NCBI GenBank assembly: GCA_016748015.1
Contig: JAAOMT010000480.1
Coordinates: 806,001 to 870,000 of the forward strand
Origin: Geosiphon pyriformis uo1
Taxonomy: Eukaryota > Fungi > Glomeromycota
Length of the DNA stretch: 64,000 bases
Direction: 5' to 3'
In this document: one piece after another, positions 12,101 to 26,038 of the stretch
How positions within the stretch are numbered: the first letter of the stretch is position 1
How the letters are laid out: every line of letters begins with the position of its first letter
The notes under the pieces: model-generated
Database searches by the model: none
What the model was told of the DNA's origin: nothing
What the model saw: only the letters and a program-made list of their open reading frames with translations
Translations under genes and position numbers: made by a program

Positions 12101-15100
12101 TCTATAATTTAAATTACTTAGCTTATAAGTAGAATAACCAATTCTATACTAATTACTTTATGTAGTTATTTTATAGTAAAAGTCAACTTTTTTTAAGAAT
12201 TGCTTGTTTAGAAGCTTACTAAAAATGTGTAATTATTTTACAATAAAAGTAAATTCTTTTATAAAAATTTTGTCTGTAAGCTACCTTAATAATTATAATA
12301 AAAATATAAAATAAAAATATAAAAAATATAAAAAAATTAAAATTTCATTTAAGAGAATTGTTTTCTATTTAAGCCTGAAATTACTAACAAATTATTAAAA
12401 TTGGTAGCTAATTAATTTCAAAACATTAGTTAAATTTCGAAGAATTTTAAATATGCTTACTAAAGAAATTAGTTTTTTAAAGTATATTTTATTTAAATTA
12501 TACTAAATAAAAATAAATTTAAAGTAAAATATCTATAGTAAAATATATTTTCTCAAAGAAAAAAGCTTTTTTTTATATAACTTGTTATAGTACTAGTTTG
12601 TAAACTTGAACTTTTTCTTTTTGCTATAATTTTGATAAACTAAAGATATATTTTAATAAACTATAAGTTATTTTATTGAGTTATTAACTATTTTAGTAAA
12701 TTATTCATTATTTGATAAATTTTTACAACTTTTAATGAACTTTTAAATGTTATATAATTTAGTGTATTGTGTAATTTGATTATTTTAATTTCTATTATAC
12801 AAATTAAATTATTAATTAAATAATAATTTTTGATAATTTTTTTGATTAAATAATAAATAATAAATTGAATAATAATAATATATACTAATTAAAGATAAGA
12901 ATTATAAGATAATTTTATGCTAATAAATGACTAAAATTTCATTAATAACAACAGCCAAAAATACATCTATTAAAAAAGCAATCAGAAAACACATAAAAAA
13001 TTTTAGTTTTAATAAGAGAAGCATAATAAAAAATGTTTTAAAACAGCTATTTCAAAAAGTGTTCTAAATTATTTGGTAGTTAAAAAAAGTTGGTATAGAG
13101 TCAAATAAAATAAAGCTTAAAATTAATAAAATCATAAAAAGTTGAACAAAAAAACATAAAATGCTTTTAGTTTTGTCTGATTTGTAGATTTGCTAATATG
13201 TATTTTTGATTTATGTAAATAAAAATGCTTTTTTTGGTGTAAAAAGTATAGTTAACATAGAAAAATTGATTTTGTTAATTAGTGATCTGCCTAATAACAA
13301 AGCTGTTAATCTATTTGACATATTTAATAAACTTTAGAAATATTATAATAATACAATATTAAAATACTTCTTAGATTTAATAAATACTTATTTAACTCTT
13401 AAAAATATCTCAGTTTTTGAAAAAAGGCATATATTTTAATAATTTCTAAGCTATATAATTAAAATGACATTTTAACAAATATACAGCCTATAGTATTAAT
13501 TAAAATAGCTAAAAAAATTTTGTTTAAGATTTTGTTAGATTGTATTTTATCTGTTTATAGTAAATTTGACATTATTTATAGTAATAGCTTCTTAGTTTAA
13601 AGAGTATTTCAACTTAATCTCCAGTATTTGTTGTTGGTTTAATTGTAAAAAATGCTTTGAAAAAGAATTAAAAATTTTAATTAGCTTTGTAAAATATGTG
13701 TAAAACATATGATTTAATTAGATAACATTATTTAAAAACTAGATTAAGGTAAAGTTTTTTCACTATTTCTTTGAAAAAATTTTTATAATCTCTTATTGTA
13801 TAAAATAAAAAAATATTATTATAAAGATTTGTTTTTTTAGAGATTATATTATAATTAATTTTTAATATAACCTTATATTAAAAATTAATATTGGAAATTA
13901 TCTAATTGTAATATGTAAATAAATATATTAGTTTTAATAAAAGCTGTTTTTGATTTAAGTTAGATTTTTATTTGATAGATTATTATTATGTTTCTTATTT
14001 AAGAACCTAAAAGTTAACTCAATAAGTTTTTTGAACTTCTAGTAAGTATTAAATAATTTCTTTTAATAAATGTTTTTTTATTTAATTTAATGTGTTATAT
14101 AATATTCTTATTGAAATTGCTGTTAGTAGTTGCTATTATGCTAATTTTCTAAAAAAAATTTTTGTTATATCTTTATATTTTCAATTGTGTCTTTTGTTGA
14201 AACTTTTACAATATATTTTTTTATATTATATTAATATTAAATGTTTATCTTTTTTTGTTTATAGTAAAGCAGTATTCTATTTTTAATAAATTTAAAAAAA
14301 ATTTAACAAAATTAGTATTTAAAAATAATTTTAATCAGAAATTATTTTTCTAAAACATGAAAAAATTATTCTAAATTTTTAAGTTAATTGTTAATTTTGG
14401 CCAAAGTATTACTATAAGTAAATTTTATATAATTACATATAGTTGCTATTCTTCTAATATGTTTTTAATTTTGTCAAGCTTGAATTTTATTTACACTCTA
14501 TTATTGTGTTAAATATTTTATTGTTTTTAGCAATAAAAAGCAACAATAAGAGAGTTGGCAGTTTTTTTTGTGATCTGAATTAAAAAGAAGAAAAGATCTT
14601 CAATTCTACTGATTTTAGTATTAGTAAATATTATAATATAAAGTCTAAAAAACATACTTTTCAGCTTTTTTTGGAATTATAATCTAATTTCTCTATTTTT
14701 TTTATTTATTTTGTCTAATTAACTTTTTTTTATTTATTTTTAGTTAAAAAACTATTATATATATACATATTTTAAATTATATATAATTGGGCTTATTTTA
14801 ACTAATTAATAAATAATTACTAAATTATTAAGTCTTATATTTGACTGTAAGTACTTTTTGACTTATTTGTTTATAATTATGTTAAATTAAATATGTTTAT
14901 ACATATTTTGTATGCTATTATATATATGTTATATTTTCTAATTTTATTTGTTAATCTGTATTATTTATATTATTATTTAATAATTAGTTAATATATTATA
15001 ATATTATTATTTTTAATTTCTATTGGATAACAACATAAGCATTTGTACAGATACTAAATTAATATTAATTTTATAATATTTTTATTAACAATAACAAAAT

Positions 15101-17460
15101 AATTACAATTTTTATTAATCAGGAAATTATAAATACTTTATTGCATATTAGTAATTAACCAATTTTTATTGTTAGACATAAAAAATTTTACAGATATCTA
15201 ATAATTTTTTTGTTAACAGAAAGTATGTCTAGACCAAGTTTTGCCAAACATATTTAGACATCAGATTTTTTTAAATATAGTGCTTAGAAAGGCTTTTTTA
15301 AATAAACAATTTTTTTATTTGGTTTTAGCAGTTTTGTAGTTTATAATTAGCTACTAAATACAGTTTAGTTTTGTATTTAAAAGTATATATTAGAAATAAA
15401 ATATTATAATTAGAAAAAAACTTAGATTTAAGATTAATTTGCCAAGAGACTTTCTTAATAAGACTTTGTATTATTTATCTCTATATAAATTGAAATTTTT
15501 TAAGCAAATACAAGTAAAAAGCAAAGTGGCTTTAATAATTGGATTTTTTAATATAGTAAAAATTCTTAATATTTGTTTAAACACTATTTTTTAAATTTAC
15601 AAATTGCAAGTTAAACACCAAAAAACTTGTTACAATTTTTGGTTAAATTAAAAATCAGCTCTGTAAATGATTTTTTAATAAGCATAGTAAGAATTTTTTT
15701 GAATAACAAAATTTCTCTAACAAATAATTTGCTTAGTATATTCTGTTTTTTTGGCTGCTTTTTAATGTTTAAAATACTTAAAAACTTTTGTTACTTTGAT
15801 GTAGTTTGATCTTTAAAGCAACTAAGTATTGCTTTTAGTAATAAGTTGTTAAACAAGCATAGTTTAGTTGTAAATTGAAAACTTTTTATTATTAAAAGAG
15901 ATTAAGTCTAAAAGATATATTACTAATATAGTTTATAAAAGCTTAGTTTATATAAACAGTCTTTTTATCAAATTTAATAAAAACATTTTCAATTCTGGTT
16001 GTTCAAATTTTTGCAGCTCAAAAGAGTTTTTAAATATTTGAAAATATTTACATAAATTGTAGACAAGAGCAATTAATATATATATTAATAGTTTATTAAA
16101 AAACTTAAATACTATAAAAGTAATAAATAGAACAACAGTTTATTTTTTTGATGTTTAAATAGACATGAGTGTTAAAATTTTTTGGTTGTTATTATTAATG
16201 ATATTAGAGTTACAAATTATTGTCTTATTATTAGAATGTGTTTTTTTTGTTTAGTGTTTTTATATATAGATAGTTTAACTGTTATAAATATGTGTATTTT
16301 AAAGCTCAAGCTTTATGCAATTGATTTCCAGAACAAATGCTTAATAAAAAAATAGCATATGATTAATTTAATTAAATCAAAAAACATATTTGCAACTTAG
16401 ACAAAGATTAAAAGTTATTTGGAAAGTATTAATAATAATTAATACTTTTATATACAATATAGTACAGTTTTGTGTAATTTTTTCTAATAATGTTTATAAA
16501 AAATTTATTATGACAGATAATTAATTATGTTAAGCAATACATGACATTTTGTTTATAATATTTATTGAATGATTTATTATGTTTAATAAAAAACAGATCT
16601 AGAAGTATGAATTTTATATGACTTATTTATTTGGAACATAAATTAGTATTATATTGTTTTAATTTAATATCTAAACTTTCATATGTTTTCTGAATTTACT
16701 AACAAGGTCTTAGCAGTTTTTTACATATATTTGATAAAGCAGTTTATAAAAAACTGCCAATTGTAATTAGAAAAAAACTCTATAACAAAAATTACTCAAA
16801 TATACTATGCTTGTTTTGTGATAATATTAAGTTGTTTAATTATGTTTTTATTTATTTAAAAGATGTCTTTATGCACTTTAGAATTTTATTAAGTTATGCT
16901 AAATTGTAAAAATTTTTAATAGAACTTTGTTTTTTATTATTATCTTTAATACTATACACTTTTTTTTTGAGAATATTAGACATTAGTATTTATAAAATAT
17001 TATGTAAAAAGTTTGTTTTTAGAAATTAAATTAATAAGATGGTATTAATATTTAATAATAAAAAGAAAACAATATTAATAATAGTTGATTTTGTTTACTG
17101 TTTAGCTATAAAACATTATAGTAAGTTGTAAAAGTTTAGGTTAAAATACAAAATAAATATAGAAAAAAGTGACTTAGTTGGTAATATAAAAGTATTGTTT
17201 TAGATATATAATAGTCTATTTAGTTTTTTTTAGTAAATATAGTTTATTTACTTAGTATTATTAAGTTTTTTGCTGTTAATTTTGGATTACACAAAAGTTG
17301 TTTGTTTTTTTTTGAATTTGGATAAGTAGATAGTATAGTTTTAATTGGCTTAAGTAATTAGTCACATGTAATAAGCATATAAGCCACATTTAATTAGGTT
17401 TATTTAGTTTGTTTTTGTATACTAAATAGTAATTAAACTGTACTTATTAAATAAAAAAAA
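9110..17460 (+). mobile_element. LINE copy L-B, near full length, heavily mutated, with two interruptions (11984-12950; about 13752-15010)
   Basis: Colinear with L-F: APE region VVVLGLYT..RFEQAFNVN (11066), post-RT region VNDFLISIVRIFLNNKISLTNNL (15627), 3' UTR and A tail at 17335-17460; 5' end approximate. Confidence 0.88.
11984..12950 (+). mobile_element. Non-coding TG...CA element M1 (967 bp) inserted in L-B ORF2
   Basis: Ends tattact...aataaca; TSD gcag/acag; removing it restores the LINE frame YKSK-A-AKNTSI; reverse complement of 45199-46165. Confidence 0.85.
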
Positions 17461-18281
17461 ATAACAAACTTAAAATAAATTTATTATAATATTTTTACAA
17501 TATATTAAAAATATTAAATAGATTAATAGTTTTATTATAAAATTTTTTTTTATTATAAATAATTTTTCATACTTTATTTTTTTTATTTCAAAAAATATTT
17601 TTTTATTTATATTATTACAAGTTTATTTTCTTAATATATTAATTGTTATTATTTCTATTTTAATTATAATTAGTTTTTTAATTCTATTTACATAATTTTA
17701 TTTATATAATACTAAAAGCTTTTTTGTTAATATTATAATATAAATTATTTTTTAAATTCTAATTATTGTAAATTTTTATGTACTTTTTTTTAAAAACTAA
17801 TTTAAAATTTATTTAATATTGATAAAATCTTTCTAAAACTATTTTTGCAATTATCTAAAGTGTTTTTTGATGTTTTTTTTTTAATTTTAACAATAAAGTT
17901 TTTTATTAATTAATAATAACATAAATAATTTTAATTAAAAATTATTTTTCTAAAAAATTTAGCTAATAAATAATAGTTTTATTTAATAAATAGCACAAAT
18001 ATGTTTAATACTTTTAATTATAATAATTTAGTTTTTAATATTATTTTTTATTTATTTTTTTATTAAAAATTTTTTTAAAAGTAAAAGCTAAAAGATAATT
18101 AAAATAAAAAATTAAATTGTTAAATAAATTTTTGTTTTTCTTAATATTAAAATTATTATATATATATATATATATTTGTAATTTTATAAAAAACATATTA
18201 TAATGTTTTTTTAAATAAGTTAAAACAACTTTATAAAATGAGTATTATAATATTTTTTTAATTATATAACTTTTGTTATAA

Positions 18282-18310
18282 ATAATAATAATAATAATAA
18301 TAATAATAAT
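18282..18310. repeat. (TAA)n microsatellite; (TA)n at about 18156-18175
   Basis: Seen directly. Confidence 0.9.
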
Positions 18311-19822
18311 TTATTTATTAATAATTAAAAATAAAATATATTATTGATTACATAATTTAAATATAAATATTTATTTATATTAAATTACAATTTTAACAAC
18401 AAAAAAGCCAATTATTATTATATATAACCAAAAATAAATAATTTTTTTTTTTACTTTTTAATATGTATAGTTTAGTTATTATCTAGTATATAGAATTAAT
18501 CAAAGTAATCTTAACTAAATACAACTTATGTGTTTATTATATGTAACTAACTATTCAAGCCAATTTAGACAACACTATACATTTATATAAACTACTGAAT
18601 TATTATCAACACTAAAAAAAAACACAAGATATATGTTTTCTAAAACTTATTGCCATAAACTTAATTATACTAAGCATATAAACTATTCTATTTAATAAAT
18701 TTATATCTAATTTACCAGCCAATGTAAAAACCATACTATTATTATTTACTAATTTAGTTTTCTCTAATTCTAATTTGTGTTTTGTCTTAATACACCATAT
18801 TTTATAATAATAAAAATTCACTAGTTGGCAGGAAAAATTTACCAAAACAGAAACAGTTTTCTTCTTATTGTTATACAACCTTAAAACTTTCTTGATCCAG
18901 TTTTTGAAAACAAACTCTTTGCATAAGATTATATACAACCTAATATCAGACATACATAAAAACAGAGATTTCACAACCAAAGAAAATATAAATGCCTTTT
19001 TACTAGCCAGTGATAACCAAAATTCAATATAATCAAGAATTAAATCTCTCTGCTAGTTTAAATTGCTTAAACACATAAACAAATAATCTGAAAATTCCAT
19101 TTTTTCACAAAACATATACAAAATTTCCAGATAAAATCTGTTATATAGCTTCTTATATACAGCAACAAAAAGTCTTTTATAAATAGCTTTTATTATATAA
19201 GTTTTTAAATTAGCAATAAACACTTCAGTTATACTAGTAAACATATACAAATTAGAATGCCAAACTTCAATTATCTAAACCCAATCAACAATATGAATAA
19301 TTTATTAATAATTTTGGCATTAGAACTCACATCTCAATGCATACTAGTTACTGTCTTATAAATATTTTAAATAAAATGATAAGTATTACTAAAGACTATT
19401 GAACTGTTTGTCACCAAATATTGTTTAAAAATATTAATTAGAAAGAACATAGAAGAATATATAATTGCACCAGCCAACTTATTAGTACAATTATTGTTAA
19501 AAACATCAGAATGCTCTTTAATCTTCGACTAGACCACCTCTAAATTCTTATTTTTTATCAGATTGTTGACCAAATACCACTCCATCCAACATTAGTTGTG
19601 AAAATCCAGTTCAAATAAACTAAGTTCCAAAATGCATACATCAATAGTTATCTAACTGTCTAAATTCAAAATTACCATACTAAAAGGGGACACATACTTC
19701 AAAGCCAAAGCAACAGCATGTATTTTAGTCATTATAAAAGACAGCATACCAGAAATTCTAATCCCAATATTCACATTCATATTTGAAAAATAAGCAGCTG
19801 TCTTACTGATTGCACTTAATGT

Positions 19823-20690
19823 TGTTACAGTTTAAGAATTTAGCAAAAAGAATCATAAAAATAATACAAACTATTCAATCATAATATAGCACAGTAATAA
19901 TCTTAGAAAGGTAATGATTAACATAGTAGCAAACACCATCTTGCGATAGTGGCAAGCACCAGTTCACAATAGCAGCCAACACCAACTGGTGATAGCAGCA
20001 AACACCAGGTTGAAATATCAAAAAGAAAGTATTTTCTCATAGAACTATAAACATGTATATATACAGTAGTTTTAATATTGAAAAATAATCAATCAAGTAA
20101 TAAAAAATCATAACTTATCAAGCAACAGATCCAATTTTATCCAACAAACTCCACTTTAAATCATACTTTCAAATTAAATATCCCAAAAAACCTTTAAAAA
20201 TCAAAAAAAAATGAAAAAGAATATTTAAAACGGAACTATCACAACCCAAAGTATTAAGAAACTTACTTGTATTATTTATTAAATGAAACTATCATTCATC
20301 AACTGAATCCCTTGGAAGAATAATCCTTGATCAAGATTATTCACGTTGTTACTAATTGATAAAAGCTTTATTGTAAGAATTAGAAAAGCGCTAAAGACCA
20401 TTAACATTCTGTGTTTCTAGATTAGAAAAACACATCAGGCAATTGCAAGGATAGCCTCAGAGAAGACCCCAGACAGTGGGTAGATTTCAGTCCAGCCTCT
20501 GAGAAGGAGTACATAAACACACACAACAATCAAGAATTAAAGAATAACTTACATCACAACAGTAAAAAGAAAGCCTTCAGTGTAACAGTGACATTATCAC
20601 ACAAATAGAATTGAAGAACTCACGAAAAACTGATTGCAATTAAAGCGGGATATCAGCAATTAAATATAACAAGAAAACCATCCCATAACA
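19823..20690 (+). mobile_element. Solo LTR (S type, 868 bp) inserted in the RNase H region of L-C
   Basis: TGTTACA...CATAACA termini, perfect 4-bp TSD ATGT, TATA-like catgtatatatacagtag; homologous to G3 LTRs and to 63246-64000. Confidence 0.93.
19923..20014 (+). repeat. 4 x 23-bp tandem repeat in U3 of the S LTR
   Basis: atagtagcaaacaccatcttgcg / atagtggcaagcaccagttcaca / atagcagccaacaccaactggtg / atagcagcaaacaccaggttgaa. Confidence 0.9.
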
Positions 20691-23600
20691 ATGTGCCTAA
20701 ACTCTTAAACAAGCCATTAATATAGACTATAAAAATATCAGTCCAAACACAATACAAATGATTTATAATCAACTTAAACTCATTCAAACTCAATATGTTG
20801 TAAAAAACTGTACTCAAAATATTCTTATTATCTTCAATAATAAAATTCACTCTACCCAAAAAACTAGATATAATAATAAATTAAGATAGAACAGAACCCT
20901 TTAGATCCAGCTTTTTTTAATAATAAAAAGTCATCTAAATCATCAATTTATCATGTTTATTCAACAGCCTGTTATCAAAAGTGATACCAAAATGTCTTAA
21001 AAACCCACTGTTTTATAGTAAGCTGTTTTCTCCAAGATATCAGACATTAAAAACCTATTCAGATTGCAGAACACTTGTAACAGATTGTTTGTTAAAGAAA
21101 CCTCATTGCTCAAAAACACTTTTACCACTTCAGTGAAAATTTTTTTCACAGAACTAACTCTTAATTTAGCTAAATAATGCAAAAAATTAGCTGAAGCCCA
21201 GCCCAAAACCTGTAAATCCAAAAACTAATGATCAAAAAATCTGCTAAGAATGCCTTTAAAATTAGCAAACAAAACTGTCAAAGCCATCTTATCTTCAATT
21301 TGTAATTGTTTAAAAAACTTCAGATTGTATAGTAAAAAATAATGCAAAATCTTATTAGAAAAATTTTTAAGCAAACTTACTTTTAACTGTAAGCTTTTTT
21401 TGATTAACAAATCTCATTTGTGACAAAAATTAACTAAAATAAAACTAAACTGCATATAATAATACACAATCAGCTGTAAAACAACAGAAATTAAGTAGTA
21501 AAACTGTTTATTCAAAATTGTTTTTTTCAAAACCATGTTTGCAAAAAACCTGATATCTAAATGAGCTTTGGCCAAACTTAACTTAGAAAAATTATCAGTA
21601 AAAAAATAAATTTCCAAGTAATAATGTCACTCTTTTTTTTTTGCAATTAATATAAAACTTTCATTAATCATCAAAAAAGCTTTTTTAACCCTTTGGTTAA
21701 TGAGAATAGCCATTTTCTTGTTATTATTAATCGAAATATCATTGATGTTAAAGAATCTACTGGCAATATTCAAAATATACTGTGTTGAAGTTTGGTTATT
21801 TTCCATCCAAATTGTGTTATCAACAAAAGCACCAGTCACAAAAAATGAAGTTTTCCTATCTGTGTTTTCCAAACTGTCTGTTCTGGCCACAAATTTTGTG
21901 TCAATACAGTAATTACATGAATGTTTATGTTTTTTAACTTTACATAAAAGGAGATTATAAAAAATTCTTCATAGAAGTGGTAAGAAAACTTCTCCTTAGT
22001 TTAGTCTGTTTTGAACTTAATAATCCTTTAAAAAACCAAAATCAATTATTACTTTGTTAGTTTTGTTCTGATGAATATTGTTAAAAAAGCTAATAAAATA
22101 CTTGCATATTTTGATACATCATAGACTATTTTTTAAATAATACTATCTAATCAAGTCATATGCTTTATATATGTTCTGTAAAACCAATCAAAGTTTCCTA
22201 TTTTTTTCCAAAGCATTTTTACAACAGAACTAATTGCAAACATGAAAAAATGAGTTAAAGTATCTTTGAATGCTAAAAAATTATCATTCCAAAGAGCACC
22301 AGATTTGTTGCAAGCACAAAATATTTGGTTCAAAAGTATCTTTAATAAAACTTTTCTGGTCATCTTAATTAGTGCTATAGATCTAGTGTTGATTAGTATA
22401 CTATTTTAATTATAGGACTTTAGAATCATAGAAACCTATGCTCATTTCTATAAAGTAAGAACAATGTCAATGTTTAAACAACAATTTAACAGGACCAAAA
22501 AACAATCCAAGACCTCAGAACCACAGTATTTTCACAATTTATTCAGAATGCTAGACAAGTCAGCAGTTTTGTTATCAAACAACTTTTTCACAATCAAGAT
22601 CAATTCATTCAAACTAATCTGCTTTATAATCTCAAAGAAAGTTCTAAAGTTAATATAATCTAAAGACATATACTGCCAAAACCAATAATTTGACACTGTC
22701 TTAAACACTATTTTCTTTCTTGTTCAACTCTCTATTATCTTATTTATTTTGCTTTTTACCTCCTTAGGTTTTAAAATCAACCTTTTACAAATTATTAAAT
22801 AATCTAAAATCACTTTTCAAAAAAGCTTCTTTAAAACACTTTTGATTATGTGATTTTTGTTTGTACAGAAGTTTTTCATTCTTCTATTAATTGCATTCTT
22901 AATTGTGACCACTTTTATGACTTCAGATTTCTAATATTTAAATACTTGATAATTTTTTTTGATTTTTGATAAAAACAAAAGAATTTAAAAGTGTTTCCTA
23001 ATAAAAACATCTTTACAATCCTTGAAACCAAAACTTTTAAATAGTGGAATCTTAAAAACTTCTTGTTTCTAAAATTACCAAAGTCTTTAAACCAAATTTT
23101 ATGAAAAATTTTGTCTGCTAATTCAGTTATTATCAATTTTATAAGCTTTCACATCACATCCAAATTACTCCATTTTTTTGCAACATAAAATTTGTTATAT
23201 ATACAAGAAATACATTTTTGTAAAAGCTTTTTAAACTGAGTTTATTTTAAATTATTGATATTTTTGATGTCAAATTTTTATTAATTCTTGTTTGTCTGTC
23301 TATAAATTAAATTTAGGCATTTATCCAAAAAACTTTCTAAACCAATTGAAACCACAACAGTTGAATGATCAGATTCAAAAAACTCAAAAATGCCAAAAAC
23401 TTCACAATTAATTACTACTAGCAAGAAATAATTACTGACTAAGACATAGTTAATAGTCTTTTTCATGCCTTTTTAATTGCTCTATGTAAAAGTTTTTTCA
23501 ACTGTATTATCTATCAAAAAATTGCTTAAATCTAACTCAATATATTTCTTAAAGCTTGTACTACACTTTACATTATTTTTATTGAAATCTGCATTCAAAA

Positions 23601-26038
23601 CAACATAAGAACTTGAATTAATTGTCTTGGCAATAAGTGCATTTATCTCATTGGCCTGACCAAATTACACATTGGCTGAAGCACCAATATACAAACCCAA
23701 AATTGTTACAAAAATTTTGTTGCTAAACAGCAAACAAATTAAAATAAGCTAACCAAAAACTTCAGAAACTTTGCATATATGTTGAGCCAAAATATTGTTT
23801 ATTACAATAATCACCCTAGCACTTATTTAACCAGTATTTAAACCAGAAACAAAACTTTTATGTTCTGATACTTATTTTTAATCCAAAACCTTGTTTGTTT
23901 TTTTAACTTTGTTTTAATAATAATGAAAACTCAATTGTTAGAATCAAAATACCACTTGATTATATTATTTTGCTTTGTTAAATTTTTTATTTTTCTGACA
24001 TTACACATAGTTATTTTTCAAACAAATTTACTCATTGAGAGAAAAAATCACAAAAAAAACTGAGTTAACATATATTTGATCTAATCTTACCAAAATTGAA
24101 TTAACTAAAACTTCAAGAGTAATCATCTTAAATTCTAAACTATTTATCTTAGTGATCAAAACTTTTAAACTGCTTACACCCAAATTCATAGCTTTGTTAT
24201 TTGTAATCAGAGAAAAAATAATAAGAGAAACTTGCAAATCATTTAAAACTATATTTACACTCAAATTTAAACTCAAAGATACAATTACAGTAGAAGAAAG
24301 AGATTGAAAAACAGATGCCAAAGGCACCAAGTCAATTATGCTTAGCTTTCTCACAATACTTGACACCTGATTAGCTAAGAGCTCCAAGAAATGTTTCAAA
24401 AAAGCCAAGTAATTATTAAATAATGAACTATTTTAAACAATTAACATATATTTTTTTCTATTTAAAACACCAAAAACAAAGGAATAAAGACCATAACCAG
24501 AATAAATATTATTAGAAAAAACAGCAAACAAAACCATCTAAGCCCAGAATTTACTATCAAAGGCAGCAAAACAGAATATAGAGAATTTTTTTTTAATATA
24601 CAATCTCATCAGCTAAAGACAATTTTTATCTAAAACAATTCTTTTAAATATTCTTGAAAGTTTAAGAGTAAATACAATTGGTGTATTACACTTTAAAACA
24701 GAATGTTTAAAGTGTCCACACTTTTCACAATAAACCAAATTCATTTTAGTCCAAAAAAGTTTTATCCCATTAAAAATCAGCTTTGTATAAAAAGCAAACT
24801 CAAGTTTTTTTTTAATTCAAAGCCAATCACAATACAGCAGACCCTATTGTCAGATTTGAGTAAACAATTAATGACACAAGTTTTTTTACTAGCTTTTTCT
24901 AAAAAAGTTCTAAAATTATGCACAGTTATATTCATTGACAAAATAAACAAAAGTGTTCTAAATTAATTTTTAATGCTTAGATATTATAATTTTCAACAGT
25001 TTTGGCTATACACACTGAATTTTTCTCAATTAAGAATGACTATTTTGTTGCCAATTAATCTATTTGCTTCAATTTAGTAAACTTTACTACAGCCTTTTGT
25101 CATATTCCAATTAGTTGTAATTTAATTAACTTAATTTGTTTACCTCAGATACTACAATAATAATCATTTTTTTTAGTGTATTCATAAGAATTTTTTTAAT
25201 TACTACAGCCCAATCTGAATAAATTTTTTGTCTTTTGAAATTATTGTTTATGACAATCTTTTTTTCTCTGGCTAATAAAGTGGCTTTTTTTATGTTTTTC
25301 TCTAAAATAAAAGTAAATTGAATGATTTTTTCAAATTTTGAGAGAGTAGTAGTCTTTCTAAAACCATTAACAGTTGAAAAAAATTTTCTAATTATCTGAA
25401 TCTTAACTGTAGCCAATTTGTTCTCTACTGTTAAGTAATTAATGTTCAAGGCAAAAAACTTTTGACTGATATTTCAATTTAAGTTTTCACAATTTTTGAG
25501 TTAATTTACATTTTATTCAAAGAAATATTGAGTAAAAAAGAGAGGGGTCCTTTATTTTCATCTATATTATAGTTAATTATACTAATAAGGGAGTTACAGT
25601 CCAAACCAAAATTAATTTTCTTAATATTAAATGTTATTACAGCTGAGCTTAAAAAAAAACCACCATCAATGTTTCCAGACATATTGCTGAATTTACTATT
25701 ATTGAATTTACTGTCTATATTCGAATACACACTACTATTAAAACCAAGTTTAACCAAAGAGATTTTTTTCTTATTATCAGAATGTTTAATATTGTCTATA
25801 GAAATTTTTTTCTTCTGAAAAAAAATACCATTAATAGAATCATAAAAAGTCCTTTTAGATGCCTTTTTTAAACATATTGTTACTTAGAGCAGTCTCTAAA
25901 TTTACCACAAAAAGATTATTAGTTTGAGAAATATTAAAAGTAATATAATTAAAAAATAAAAACAAAAAACTTTTTTAAAAATATGCTTTTTAGAAAATTT
26001 TGGATGTAAAAAAAAAAGAAGTTTTTTTTATAATTTTT

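Larger units (their letters stand above)
18442..25950 (-). mobile_element. LINE copy L-C, near full length (ORF1 about 24032-25875, ORF2 18575-24035, degenerate)
   Basis: ORF-track fragments match L-F ORF1/ORF2 (LELLANQVSSIVRKLS; GAFVDNTIW; VYINGL RNase H); poly-T at 18442-18452; family 3' UTR. Confidence 0.92.

Noticed and set aside
19923-20014. Conserved core with variable 7-nt parts resembling a mini CRISPR array
   Set aside because: 23-bp period, no real spacers, no cas genes, and it sits inside an LTR U3 copied at 49510 and 63344
20283-20690. ATG-initiated frame through the S LTR, analogous to the G1 LTR ORF
   Set aside because: Needs many stop reversions, and the 63246 copy differs by a 1-nt indel; evidence insufficient
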